From positions 1 to 64,000 of the forward strand of contig JAZLBQ010000026.1 of the NCBI GenBank assembly GCA_045613785.1: 64,000 nucleotides of DNA. The letters run 5' to 3'. The notes under the pieces were generated by a model. The model had not been told where the DNA came from and made no database searches. It was given only the letters and a program-made list of their open reading frames with translations. The translations under genes were made by a program, and so were the position numbers. This document shows positions 40,647 through 53,345 of the stretch, piece after piece (positions within the stretch are counted from its first letter, which is position 1; every line of letters starts with the position of its first letter). The DNA comes from Candidatus Enterousia sp. Its GTDB lineage: Bacteria > Pseudomonadota > Alphaproteobacteria > Rs-D84.

Positions 40647-40721
40647 TGGTAGCAGCGGAGGGATTCGGACCCCCGACCAAAGGATTATGATTCCTCTGCT
40701 CTACCACTGAGCTACGCTGCC
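40647..40721 (-). tRNA. tRNA-Met(CAT), elongator type
   Basis: GGCAGCGTAGCTCAGTGGTAGAGCAGAGGAATCATAATCCTT...CGCTGCTACCA. Confidence 0.92.
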
Positions 40722-40858
40722 AAACGCCACAAATTATAACATTAAAATTTTAAATTGCAAGAAAAACAAATTATTGGATTTTATTCTTGTTTACAAACAT
40801 TATGTTTTTTAACAAAATTTGATTGAGCCCTTATCCCAACTGTGGTATTATGTCCGCT

Positions 40859-41416
40859 ATGAGAAAATTTTTATGTGCCTTATTACTATCTTTATCCGTG
40901 GCAACTGCCAACGCAAAAACAAACCCATTTTTTAATGATTACGACAACCAGTTTGCCGTCAATTTTGGCTGGGGTGTGGACAGTGGTTTTTTAATTCCTG
41001 CACCTGTTCGCTGGGTTCCTTTTGTTATGTTAAACGCCCAGTATTCACAACCTTCAGATTTTTTCCGCCTGCCGGGTCGTATGTCTATCAACATAACCCA
41101 GACACTTGGTTTTGGCACATCACGTGGCTGGCATTGGGATAAATACACAATTCCGATTGTAACTCTTTCCCAAGATTTCATTTTTGCCCAGACAACAAAT
41201 TGGTATTTCTTTTCTGGTATTTCTGCCGGTTTTCAGATGCAACAAAACGAACGCATTGGCTCTAAATTGTTATTTGGATTCAAACTAGGCACAGGGTATA
41301 AACTAAGTGATTGCACCAACCTAGAATTTTTTGCCCAGCATTATTCCAATGGCAACACCGCCCCAGAAAATCATTCTTATGCGTTTTTCGGAACAGGTTT
41401 AACCTTTAACTTTTAA
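40859..41416 (+). CDS. PagL-like lipid A deacylase / outer-membrane beta-barrel
   Basis: Signal peptide, amphipathic beta strands, QHYSNG (HxSN) motif, terminal FNF. Confidence 0.65.
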   Translation: MRKFLCALLLSLSVATANAKTNPFFNDYDNQFAVNFGWGVDSGFLIPAPVRWVPFVMLNAQYSQPSDFFRLPGRMSINITQTLGFGTSRGWHWDKYTIPIVTLSQDFIFAQTTNWYFFSGISAGFQMQQNERIGSKLLFGFKLGTGYKLSDCTNLEFFAQHYSNGNTAPENHSYAFFGTGLTFNF

Positions 41417-42079
41417 TCACCAATCAATTGGTGTTTTTCCGACCTTTTCCAGGTATTGATTTGCCTGACTAAAATGCTTACACCCATAAAATCCACGATA
41501 CACCGACAAGGGCGACGGATGAGCACATTTCAACACCAGATTTTTTTCATTATTCACAAAAGCCGCTTTTTTCTGGGCATCACCCCCCCACAACAAAAAG
41601 ACAATATTTTCACGTTGCCCAAGAATTTTGATAACAGCATTTGTAAATTCTTCCCAACCACGACCAAAATGCGACCGTGCCTGATGAGCTTGAACAGTCA
41701 ACGTCGCATTCAGCAATAAGACCCCTTGATTTGCCCAACTGGTTAAATCGCCATTTGTCTTGGACTTTCGTCCTAAATCAGATTGAATTTCCTTGTAAAT
41801 ATTTTGCAGACTCGGTGGCACAGGCGTTGGCGACAACACAGAAAAACAAAGCCCATGTGCCTGCCCTGGTTCATGATATGGGTCTTGACCAATGATTACA
41901 ACTTTGACTTTTTCCAATGGGCATAAATTAAAGGCATTAAAAATATTTTGTGGTGCCGGATAAATTGCCTTGCCAGACATATATTCTCCACGCACAAAAT
42001 CCGTCAGTTTGATAAAATAATCCTTATCAAATTCGTCCTTTAAAGCATCTTTCCAAGATTGTTCAATTTTTACATTCAT
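41417..42079 (-). CDS. ung: uracil-DNA glycosylase (family 1)
   Basis: GQDPYH, QAHGLCFS, PPSLQNIY, QGVLLLN, HPSPLS. Confidence 0.97.
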   Translation of the reverse strand: MNVKIEQSWKDALKDEFDKDYFIKLTDFVRGEYMSGKAIYPAPQNIFNAFNLCPLEKVKVVIIGQDPYHEPGQAHGLCFSVLSPTPVPPSLQNIYKEIQSDLGRKSKTNGDLTSWANQGVLLLNATLTVQAHQARSHFGRGWEEFTNAVIKILGQRENIVFLLWGGDAQKKAAFVNNEKNLVLKCAHPSPLSVYRGFYGCKHFSQANQYLEKVGKTPIDW

Positions 42080-42720
42080 AGTTTTATCAATCCTTGTTGT
42101 AAACTACGCCACAAAACGACATCTATATACCCACGTGGCAAACCTGTCTGATTTACTAGATGTGCAAACATATCATCACAAGCATTTTTCACTTCTGCTG
42201 ACAAATTACCGTTATCTATTAGCAAAGATTTATTTGCAAACACACACCCCAACCGTTGAATCCAGACATCATATTTCACAACATCTTCACCCAGATTTCT
42301 TGCCAAATGGTTTGCGGTAATTTTACCGATATGTGGTAATTTTTGCAGATAGTTCAATCGTTCATCTGTTGAATTCAACAAATAATAACCAGAACAAAAA
42401 TCGACACGATTTTCCCAAATTTTACAAATCGCATTTATTTTATTTTTATTATTGAACAGATGCATCAGCATTTCGAAATCAGCACCAACTGCATTCAACA
42501 CAGTCATAATTTCCAAGTGCTTTTTCTTGGCTGTTTTTTGAGAAAACCCACCTGCCAAAATCACATAGACACAGTGCGACGCAAAATCATCGGGCTTATA
42601 TATTTGACGTGCAGATAAATTCTTTAAAATTTCATCAAAAGTTTGTGCATCACTATCCAGTCCCATTTGACGCAACTGTCTGTCCAACGCAAAAAACCAA
42701 TCTTTTGTCCACATAGTCAT
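42076..42720 (-). CDS. hypothetical protein with helix-hairpin-helix (glycosylase-like) motif
   Basis: LQKLPHIGKITANHLARNLG..VKYDVW resembles the HhH of Ogg-like glycosylases. ATGA-coupled to ung. Confidence 0.6.
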   Translation of the reverse strand: MTMWTKDWFFALDRQLRQMGLDSDAQTFDEILKNLSARQIYKPDDFASHCVYVILAGGFSQKTAKKKHLEIMTVLNAVGADFEMLMHLFNNKNKINAICKIWENRVDFCSGYYLLNSTDERLNYLQKLPHIGKITANHLARNLGEDVVKYDVWIQRLGCVFANKSLLIDNGNLSAEVKNACDDMFAHLVNQTGLPRGYIDVVLWRSLQQGLIKL

Positions 42721-42765
42721 CACATATAAAAACGATGGCACAGATTAAACTGTGCCATCATCTAA

Positions 42766-45165
<2,400 letters not shown>

Positions 45166-45242
45166 TTAACATTCCTTTCTTTTTTCTGTGTAAAACATAG
45201 CAATTTCTGCTATAATTAGCAAGGAAAAAGGGGATAAATATA

Positions 45243-45533
45243 GTGGTGAATGAAACAGAAAAAATTTTTACAAAATCGGATTATATGACACCACTACAAG
45301 TGTCCAAGAAATTGAACATTGACGAAGAAACAGCATACAAAGCATTAAAAATAATGTATCTTCGTCGTGCTACAATTGCGGTTCGAACAAAAACATCTAC
45401 TGTTATCCGTCCAATTGTAATCTGTTCAAAATTCTCACGCACTAAAAATGGCGGAATTCTGCCATATCGTCTTCGTTCTGATGCACTATCTGAAATCGCC
45501 AAATATTTACAAGAACAAAAAAACCAAGGGTAA
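45243..45533 (+). CDS. small basic hypothetical protein, possible HTH
   Basis: YMTPLQVSKKLNIDEETAYKAL HTH-like segment. Confidence 0.6.
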   Translation: MVNETEKIFTKSDYMTPLQVSKKLNIDEETAYKALKIMYLRRATIAVRTKTSTVIRPIVICSKFSRTKNGGILPYRLRSDALSEIAKYLQEQKNQG

Positions 45534-45538
45534 GTAAT

Positions 45539-46108
45539 ATGAAATTCAAACTGTTATATTTTGGAGACATTTTAATCAATCCTAAAAAGCGTGCACAACA
45601 CATTGCTGACATTCGCATGCAGTTTCATCCACAATTAAAAAAATTGATTGAACACAGTCCTTGGAACAACCTGACCCAGTATATGGTTCCGAACCCAACC
45701 AAAAGCCCAATAACAACGCGTCACGTTGGTGGCATTGATTGGAACCCCATTATTACACCAAATTTAAAATTGATTGCAGAGCTAGACATTCAAATGCTGC
45801 ATCCTGAAATCGTAGGTGTTCCACGTTCAGACATTGACAACCGTGTAAAGACAATTATGGACGGTCTTCGTTGTCCACAAAACGAACACGAAATAGGCTC
45901 AAACACGCCACGTGATATTGGTCCTATTTATACACTGCTGGACGACGACCATTTGATTACAAAACTATCCGTCAACACCAGCCACTTGCTTGATTCAAAC
46001 ATATTTGCAGAACACGAATTAAGCACACCTGATTCTGTATTTATGATGATTGATGTAAATGTCCGTGTTGCCGAAGGCACATTGGAAAATCTGCCATTTA
46101 TGGTATAA
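45539..46108 (+). CDS. RusA-like endonuclease fold protein
   Basis: SDIDNRVKTIMDGL ... LLDDDHLI matches the RusA DxDNxxKxxxD...DD signature. Confidence 0.6.
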   Translation: MKFKLLYFGDILINPKKRAQHIADIRMQFHPQLKKLIEHSPWNNLTQYMVPNPTKSPITTRHVGGIDWNPIITPNLKLIAELDIQMLHPEIVGVPRSDIDNRVKTIMDGLRCPQNEHEIGSNTPRDIGPIYTLLDDDHLITKLSVNTSHLLDSNIFAEHELSTPDSVFMMIDVNVRVAEGTLENLPFMV

Positions 46109-46208
46109 AGCCAAAAAGCAAATAAAACAAAAAATCCCCTACTTGGGGATTTTTTAATATTAAATAACACATAACAGATAAAAAAAATCCCCCAAACGGG
46201 GGAATTTA

Positions 46209-46628
46209 TTATTTAACCGTTGTTGTAGCATTACGGTTCCACTTCCAGACTTCTTCACCAGAACCCTGAACTAATGGACGTTCTTTACCATATGAGATAG
46301 TAGAGATACGTTTTGCATCGACACCGTCTTTTACGATAACAGCTTTTGCTGCATTTGCACGACGTGCACCCAATGCCAAGTTGTATTCTGTTGAACCACG
46401 TTCGTCGCAATTACCTGCGATTTGGATTTTAACATCTTCGTGATTTTTCATATACAAAGCCTGACCCAGCAAGTTATTCTGTGCATCTTCTGAGATTTCA
46501 TAAGAATTAAAACCAAAGAATACACGCTGATCGTTCAAGTCTGCTGGTTCAACGATTTTAGAAGAACCGCCGCACGCTGCCAACAAGCCTGCAACGCCTG
46601 CCAACAAAGCAAAGTTTTTGATTTTCAT
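46209..46628 (-). CDS. pal: peptidoglycan-associated lipoprotein (OmpA-like)
   Basis: Lipobox LAAC, VFFGFNS, CDERGSTEYNLALGARRANA, ISYGKERP. Confidence 0.92.
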   Translation of the reverse strand: MKIKNFALLAGVAGLLAACGGSSKIVEPADLNDQRVFFGFNSYEISEDAQNNLLGQALYMKNHEDVKIQIAGNCDERGSTEYNLALGARRANAAKAVIVKDGVDAKRISTISYGKERPLVQGSGEEVWKWNRNATTTVK

Positions 46629-46709
46629 GAAAATACTCCCTTGTATTTCTGTTGCTCGTGGTATATTCTACTATAAAAATATTGAATTATCAAGGGGCAA
46701 ACAAAAAAA

Positions 46710-47486
46710 ATGTCTTACAGTGAATTGGCTTATCTTGAACTTGCTGGCGTTCGTTGGGAAATCAGCGACACCCCGATTACTGCACCTCGAACACCTGTTG
46801 AAACGACTAATTCTGCCCCTGCCCGTCCAACGGCTGCCACCATTATTGCAGAAATTGGTCGCAGTGCATCGGCTGTTGTTCCACCGATTACTCCGACTGC
46901 AACAGTATCGATTGAAACTGTCCGTTCAATGGCGGCACGTCCTGGCGATACAGCAACATTGAATCGAATGATTGGTGAATTTAATCACCCATTACGTCCA
47001 ACGGCGACAAACACTGTCCTGCCACACATTGGCAATGGCAAACTGATGATTATCACAGACACCCCTGGTCCAGATGATGATTTAAGTGGCAACGTCTTGT
47101 CTGGGACACCTGGTGAATTGATGGATAAAATGCTGGCAGCAATTGGGCAAAGCCGTCAAACAACATCGATAGTTCCGATTGTATTCTGGCGAACACCTGG
47201 TGGCCGCACACCGACCCAATCAGAACTTGACCTTGCCCGTCCATTTATTGACCGTGCAATAGAATTATTAAAACCAACTGTAATTTTAACACTTGGGACA
47301 TTACCTGCCACCCAGATGTGCGGTGTAAACCTTGCCAAATCGCACGGTGTTGCGACAACTCTTGAAAATGGCACAACAATAGTCCCGATTTATCATCCAA
47401 ATTATCTGATATTAAAGCCAGCGGCCAAGCGTGACGTATGGACTGTCCTACAAAATGTTCAAAATATCTTGAAAAGTGCCGAATAA
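46710..47486 (+). CDS. uracil-DNA glycosylase family 4-like protein
   Basis: GELMDKMLAAIG, WRTPGGRTPT, IELLKPTVILTLG, IYHPNYL..KRDVW. The GEAPG motif has degenerated to TDTPG. Confidence 0.75.
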   Translation: MSYSELAYLELAGVRWEISDTPITAPRTPVETTNSAPARPTAATIIAEIGRSASAVVPPITPTATVSIETVRSMAARPGDTATLNRMIGEFNHPLRPTATNTVLPHIGNGKLMIITDTPGPDDDLSGNVLSGTPGELMDKMLAAIGQSRQTTSIVPIVFWRTPGGRTPTQSELDLARPFIDRAIELLKPTVILTLGTLPATQMCGVNLAKSHGVATTLENGTTIVPIYHPNYLILKPAAKRDVWTVLQNVQNILKSAE

Positions 47487-47524
47487 TAGTTAATAATTTG
47501 GCATATTTAACAAAGGAGCCTACA

Positions 47525-48073
47525 ATTAAACCTACAATGAACCGTGACAATCGTCGTGACGCAGGTCCACGTATGAACAATCGGATATTTGCAAAAGCCG
47601 TCCAGGTAATTAGTTCAGACGGCCAGAATCTGGGCATTATGCCAACATCTCAGGCCTTACAGATGGCATCTGACGCTGGTCTTGACCTGGTTGAAATCAA
47701 TGCGAACAACGCCACCCCTATTGTAAAGATAATGGATTATGGCAAATTCAAATACGAACAAAAGAAACGTGCGTCTGAGGCTCGCAAGAATCAAAAAACC
47801 ATTGAAATGAAAGAAGTTTGGGTAAAACCTTTTATCGAAGAAAACGACCTGAACATCAAATTAAAAAAGGTTTTTGAATTTTTATCATCAGGGAACAAGG
47901 TTAAAATTGCAGTTATGACCCGTGGTTCCAAGAAAGTTCTAGCCCGTGGCAAAGATGCAGTTCCTGAATTATTTGCCCGCATTTTGGAAATAATTGGTGA
48001 CAAGGGAACACTGGAATCAAAATCGAAACCAGACGAACGCACAAAATCAATTATTGTTGCCCCGGCAAAATAA
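47525..48073 (+). CDS. infC: translation initiation factor IF-3 (probable ATT start)
   Basis: LDLVEI..PIVKIMDYGKFKYEQKK. In-frame ATT at 47525 follows an AAGGAG SD. Confidence 0.92.
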   Translation: MKPTMNRDNRRDAGPRMNNRIFAKAVQVISSDGQNLGIMPTSQALQMASDAGLDLVEINANNATPIVKIMDYGKFKYEQKKRASEARKNQKTIEMKEVWVKPFIEENDLNIKLKKVFEFLSSGNKVKIAVMTRGSKKVLARGKDAVPELFARILEIIGDKGTLESKSKPDERTKSIIVAPAK

Positions 48074-48164
48074 AGAATAGATTAAAAAAATCCCCGTTTG
48101 GGGATTTATTTTTTCAAGAACAGTTGATTTATCCAATAAAAAAATCCCCACTTGGGGATTTTCA

Positions 48165-48578
48165 TTATTTACAATTTCCATACTCACATTCCCGATATGG
48201 ATTTGGTGCACTAACTGTGGCAGGCCCACCATCTTTTGCAGTTCTAACATTATTAGGATGTGGACAGTCATAAACATTTGCGACCAAAACAAAAGCACGT
48301 TCTGGGCCAAATATTACCCATTCGTTTGGTTTTGTTCTCTGACTTGTAATCCAGTATGCATTACCTGTTCTTGCCTGGTCAACGATACGATTTTCCAAAT
48401 ATCTACGTGCATCATCAGCATCATAAACCGAAACTTCTGATTCCAGTTTATACAAGAAAGTGCAACCAATTGGTTCTGCATCTAATTGAACAAGATACTG
48501 ACTGCCGTTTTCATTTTTTATCATGCCACCGCATGCTGCCAATGCACCAACAATCAACAATGCAAAAATTTTTTTCAT
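48165..48578 (-). CDS. lipoprotein (DUF4156-like)
   Basis: Lipobox LAAC, GCTFL..., NVYDC. Confidence 0.65.
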   Translation of the reverse strand: MKKIFALLIVGALAACGGMIKNENGSQYLVQLDAEPIGCTFLYKLESEVSVYDADDARRYLENRIVDQARTGNAYWITSQRTKPNEWVIFGPERAFVLVANVYDCPHPNNVRTAKDGGPATVSAPNPYRECEYGNCK

Positions 48579-48595
48579 AACAGTGCCTTTTTATT

Positions 48596-49537
48596 CTATT
48601 CAGCTTCAATTATATCATAATTGTCAGGATTACTAAATAACTTTTTCAAGACTAAATTATTCAACGCATGGCTGCCTTTATAAGATTCCAATTTTCCACA
48701 AACCATACCACCGCTGGTAAACATATCGCCAACAGCATCAACGATTTTATGTCTAACGAATTCATCAGGCCAAATCAGTTCATTTAATGTCCCATCCCCT
48801 GCATCGTTCAATGCAATAACATTATGTTCACTTGCACCACGTCCCATACCACGTTTTTTCAAATACTCCCATTCAGAATACTTACCAAAAGTTCTTGCCC
48901 GTGCGATATTTTGCACAAAATCTTCCGCCGCCTTTTCCGACCCATCAAAAGAATAAGAAAAAGATTGCTTTCCTATAATTTTTTCTGGATAAACCAACGT
49001 TGCAACAATATCCAAAGACTTAGCGTCATTTGGGCTCAACTTTACAAATCCATCTGATTTACGTCCTGCGATTGTATTGATAATCCACAGTTTAAATCGG
49101 CCAAACAATGGCAGTTGACGCAAAACTTCCTGTGCTTTTACAACAACTTCTTTTTTCACAACGACACGTTTTCTAGCACCACCTGTAATACCTGCAGCAC
49201 GGAAAGCCTTGATAAATTCTGCAGCACTACCGTCCAGAATTGGTGTTTCTGGTCCATTTATTTCAATAACAGCACTGTCCACACCGACAATAAATAACGC
49301 TGCCATTAAATGTTCTACTGTCTGAACATGTGCCCCTGACATTTTACCAATAGTGGTATTACGCATTTTTGTTTCACCGACATTATTCCATGTTGCCGGA
49401 ATCAATTCAGAATCTTTCAAATCCACCCTACGCCAAAAGATTCCAGGTTTCTCAGATGGCCGAATCAAAACTTCGACTTTATCCCCAGAATGAATACCAA
49501 CCCCCGAAATTTTCAACATATTTTTCAAAGTGCTCAT
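48596..49537 (-). CDS. lpxC: UDP-3-O-acyl-GlcNAc deacetylase
   Basis: GVGIHSG, TVEHLMAAL, PILDGSA, ARARTFG, EFVRHKIVDAVGD, GSHALN. Confidence 0.93.
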   Translation of the reverse strand: MSTLKNMLKISGVGIHSGDKVEVLIRPSEKPGIFWRRVDLKDSELIPATWNNVGETKMRNTTIGKMSGAHVQTVEHLMAALFIVGVDSAVIEINGPETPILDGSAAEFIKAFRAAGITGGARKRVVVKKEVVVKAQEVLRQLPLFGRFKLWIINTIAGRKSDGFVKLSPNDAKSLDIVATLVYPEKIIGKQSFSYSFDGSEKAAEDFVQNIARARTFGKYSEWEYLKKRGMGRGASEHNVIALNDAGDGTLNELIWPDEFVRHKIVDAVGDMFTSGGMVCGKLESYKGSHALNNLVLKKLFSNPDNYDIIEAE

Positions 49538-50436
49538 TTAACTTTCTCCTTTAACCAATCCAAAAACGCATTATCAATAACAGTATCCAAACGTGCGTAT
49601 TTAATTTGATCCTGCATTGGTGCAGGCAATCGCACCCAGTCTTTTTCAGTTGTAATCAGTTTTGCGTTTTTCTTATTTGCCAGATTTATCAACTTTTCCA
49701 AATCTTCATTTGTGTATTGATAGTGGTCTGCAAACGAACGAGTTGCTACAACATTTTTCAACGCATTAAAGAACTTTTTTGGATAACCGATTCCAGCAAA
49801 AGCGACCAATTTCACATCATCTGCATATGGCGACACAGTCTGATTTTTTGCATAGAACACGGGCACACCATCTGGCAATTTAAAGTTCTTTTTTGCTTTT
49901 TTATTTTTTATGACAATAATAGCGTCTGCTTTTTTTGCAAATCTTTTTGGCACTCGCAAAGGCCCTGCTGGCAAGATAAACCCATTTCCATATCCCAACG
50001 CCTCATCAAATACGATAATAGAAACATCTTTTTTTATTGTTGGATTTTGCAAACCATCGTCCATAACAATTGGTGTTTTATCATCTTGCTTGTTCAACAA
50101 GACAATATTAGACCGCCTATCACCGACATGCACAGCCAACCCAGTTCGTGCCAGCATTGCGGCCTCGTCCCCGACATTACCATTTTCTTTACTTTTCTTA
50201 TACCCCCTCATAACGACAGGGGCGCCAAAATAGTTTGCAATAGCCCTAACCACAGGTGTTTTTCCGACCCCACCTGCAAAAATATTACCAACACAAATAA
50301 TTGGTCGCTGTGATTTTAACGGTCTAAATGCACGCAACCAAAATACAACACGACTAAAAGCAAAATAAATCCACCCCACCGGCATCAGAACTAACGCCAC
50401 AGGATTTTTTTTCAAAAACCACCACGGAGTCTTCAT
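49534..50436 (-). CDS. lpxK: tetraacyldisaccharide 4'-kinase
   Basis: ICVGNIFAGGVGKTP, GDEA, MDDGLQ, PAGPLR, FADHY, TTEKDWVR. Confidence 0.93.
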   Translation of the reverse strand: MKTPWWFLKKNPVALVLMPVGWIYFAFSRVVFWLRAFRPLKSQRPIICVGNIFAGGVGKTPVVRAIANYFGAPVVMRGYKKSKENGNVGDEAAMLARTGLAVHVGDRRSNIVLLNKQDDKTPIVMDDGLQNPTIKKDVSIIVFDEALGYGNGFILPAGPLRVPKRFAKKADAIIVIKNKKAKKNFKLPDGVPVFYAKNQTVSPYADDVKLVAFAGIGYPKKFFNALKNVVATRSFADHYQYTNEDLEKLINLANKKNAKLITTEKDWVRLPAPMQDQIKYARLDTVIDNAFLDWLKEKVK

Positions 50437-50438
50437 TT

Positions 50439-51236
50439 TTATCCTTTTTTCTTAGCGTTCTTTTTTTCTTGTGCGACTTCTCTTTTTTTACGTTTATACT
50501 CAGAGGCAGTCAAATCCTGTTCTATTTCAGGCAATCCAAATTCGGCATCCAATTCACGCATCTGTGCCACCATAAAGTTCTCTAAATCCTTTCGAATTTT
50601 TTCAAACTCTTCGTTTGTTGCCTTACGTGGGACAAATATAGGATTACCTATATTGCATATAATTTTCGAGAACGGCAAACAAACCAAATACTTATCCCAT
50701 CTATCCTGAATCCATGCCCGTGAAGTCGAATAGCAAACAGGAATAATTGGTGCCCCTGACATTTTTGCGAAATACAAAGCCCCATCTTGCACACGCAAGG
50801 ACGGTCCACCAGGTCCATCTGGCGACATACAAATAGCATGATCTCCACGTGCCAAAATACGCAACCCCTCACGCAGGACAGACACCCCGCCCTTATGAGA
50901 AGAACCATAAATTGCCCTCAACCCGAACAGATGCTGTAATTTTGCCATCATTCGTCCATCTTTATGGCGACTTGCTACGGCATAAGCCCTCATTCCGCCC
51001 AAACAAATAATCGGGCTAAGCATCATTGACCGCCCATGCCAAAAGACAAAAATTGCTGGTTTTTTACGATATTCATAGAAAGTTTCGATATTAGAAACAC
51101 GTTTTTTTGATGTAAAATACGTAAACCACATTGGGATTGCCAAGCAAACAGCGATAATCCATTGAAAGATTCCCAATCCCAGGATAGGCTCCCAAAACTT
51201 TTTCCAAACTTTTCTAAACGTTTTATTATGAATCAC
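50439..51236 (-). CDS. DUF374 lysophospholipid acyltransferase-family protein
   Basis: FVFWHGR, SRHKDG, GSSHKGG, SPDGPGGP, WDKYLVCLPFS. Located in a lipid A operon. Confidence 0.82.
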   Translation of the reverse strand: MIHNKTFRKVWKKFWEPILGLGIFQWIIAVCLAIPMWFTYFTSKKRVSNIETFYEYRKKPAIFVFWHGRSMMLSPIICLGGMRAYAVASRHKDGRMMAKLQHLFGLRAIYGSSHKGGVSVLREGLRILARGDHAICMSPDGPGGPSLRVQDGALYFAKMSGAPIIPVCYSTSRAWIQDRWDKYLVCLPFSKIICNIGNPIFVPRKATNEEFEKIRKDLENFMVAQMRELDAEFGLPEIEQDLTASEYKRKKREVAQEKKNAKKKG

Positions 51237-51393
51237 AATAAACCCTTACTTTAAATACGACTGTGCAAATCTTAGCAACAAAAATTAGATAATTCAAGGC
51301 ACTTAGGAAATTCCGACAAAAAAGCAGGTATAATTTTTTTCATTTGACTTTTCGTATAACAATAAGTATAATAGCATAGCTTTTTTACTTTAT

Positions 51394-51470
<77 letters not shown>

Positions 51471-51760
51471 GAATTCCGCCCCATTTTCACCCTTTTGCTA
51501 CCTATTTGCTACCAAGAACAACCATTAAAGATAAACAAAATCATACATTATTAAGAATTGACATCTGATTTGAACATACTAGAATTCAAGCATAATCAAA
51601 AGAATTCTTATTTTTCTAACAATACCTAACCCAACTTCAAATACACACAGGGGACGGGGGGGGGAGCAAGGTATAAGCCATAAAAAACACAAATCGGTCT
51701 TGAACTAAATAAAATAGAACAAGAATTAAACCAAACATCGTATCTTATTACTATACAATA

Positions 51761-52435
51761 TCAAACATTCTGGCTTATAAACTTCTCATTTACTATTTCT
51801 TTTGTTTTATGCATCAAATACAATCTCATCAAATGTGAAAATGTTTCCGTTGTCGGTTTTATAATATCCCAAACCAACAATTCTGTATCAAACACACCTG
51901 TTTTCATCCATTTTTCTTCAAGTTTTTCATAAACATAAATCATACTTTGGCCAACATATTTATAATCAAAACTATAAACCTTTCTTTCTTGTGGGTTAAG
52001 ACTAGGAATAGCACTTGCCGCTATTGCCATTCCCATAAATGCAAACTTTGGTTCAAATGTTTGATAATCCCAACACGCTGAAACACCTATTATATTTCCA
52101 TACTTATCCCACAACAGCCATGTATAGGTATCCAATGAGTTATTATAAGTCGGAACCAAATGCTTAAAATACCAATCCGTCCTATCCAGACAAATATCCT
52201 TTAGCAAAGGATAATTTCCAACAAGTTTTTCAACATTGTTAAAATCACCAGCATATTCAAATAATAATGGTCCTGTTTCTCTGTTATAAGAAAACATCAT
52301 AATGGTGCTTATCTCAGAATTAATACCGTTGTCTTTTAAGATTTTATAATTTATCTCAAACCAATCTTTTGAATATTGTGTATAAACTGGCAATTTTACT
52401 TTTTTTTGAAATAACTTTTTAATTATATTTGTCAT
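51761..52435 (-). CDS. hypothetical protein (islet)
   Basis: 224 aa AT-rich ORF with GGGGA SD. Confidence 0.7.
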   Translation of the reverse strand: MTNIIKKLFQKKVKLPVYTQYSKDWFEINYKILKDNGINSEISTIMMFSYNRETGPLLFEYAGDFNNVEKLVGNYPLLKDICLDRTDWYFKHLVPTYNNSLDTYTWLLWDKYGNIIGVSACWDYQTFEPKFAFMGMAIAASAIPSLNPQERKVYSFDYKYVGQSMIYVYEKLEEKWMKTGVFDTELLVWDIIKPTTETFSHLMRLYLMHKTKEIVNEKFISQNV

Positions 52436-52443
52436 ATTTCCCC

Positions 52444-53106
52444 CTATTCAGACACCACGTTTTCTCTCTTTCTTTCCAATTCTAAAATATCTCTAAACTG
52501 GTAGGTATATGTAAAAATTTTATCCATATACATATTATCACCAGCCCAATACTTATCAGAAATATACCCCAAATATATTTTATCTTTATAAAACTTTATT
52601 TCTGTCAAAAATAACGTTTTTCTACAAGGCACTAACTCTGTATTAAATACAGGATATGAATTATTAAAAGCATTCATATAACCATACCCCACGATAGTTT
52701 TTGACCCCGTATAAACAGAACCAGCATAATTAGCTTTTTCACAAACATCCGGCACAGATATACTATATACATTAATTTCCCTTCTTACCTTTACAGGATT
52801 TTTGCATTTATAATTATTTATTTCTTTATCATAGTCTCGCTTAGTCATTTTTATACCCGACCTTGCGTAACCAACATTTGTATTAAACGGGTCATTGGTA
52901 TAAAATGGATTTTCATCCAATTCTTTAAACCCAGTACTAAATTCTGCACCTTCAAAAACAATGCAAAAATCATCCGATTTTAAATACTGTTCAATTTTGT
53001 GCATATTTTCATAATCATAACCACTACCTTCAAAACACCTATCTACACAAGGTTCCATTACACATCCAAACAACAAAAAAACAGACAATAAAAACGCCCT
53101 ATTCAT
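52444..53106 (-). CDS. lipoprotein of unknown function (islet)
   Basis: MNRAFLLSVFLLFGC lipobox. Start moved to ATG 53106. Confidence 0.72.
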   Translation of the reverse strand: MNRAFLLSVFLLFGCVMEPCVDRCFEGSGYDYENMHKIEQYLKSDDFCIVFEGAEFSTGFKELDENPFYTNDPFNTNVGYARSGIKMTKRDYDKEINNYKCKNPVKVRREINVYSISVPDVCEKANYAGSVYTGSKTIVGYGYMNAFNNSYPVFNTELVPCRKTLFLTEIKFYKDKIYLGYISDKYWAGDNMYMDKIFTYTYQFRDILELERKRENVVSE

Positions 53107-53120
53107 ACCACACCCCTTAT

Positions 53121-53345
53121 AAAAAAATACCGTCAACAAGGGAATATTGACGGTCGGGTGGCTTCAAAACATCAAGTAAATGCCCCGTTGCTTTCAGAAT
53201 AATCCTATTATATAACAACGGACACCCGACCACAGGTCAGGCAAAACGGTGCGAACACACCATTTAGAATATGGATAACGATGCAATTCGCACCGTACTT
53301 GATGGGTTTTGAAGGCCCCGAACCCGCTAGTCCCCTATCGGATTC
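53121..53345 (-). ncRNA. C4-antisense-like structured RNA with intrinsic terminator
   Basis: CTTCAAAAC and GGTCGGGTG segments with downstream complements GTTTTGAAG-CCACCCGACC, an ATCAAGTA/TACTTGAT closing stem, then a CCGTCAA..TTGACGG-TATTTTTTT terminator. Confidence 0.65.
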
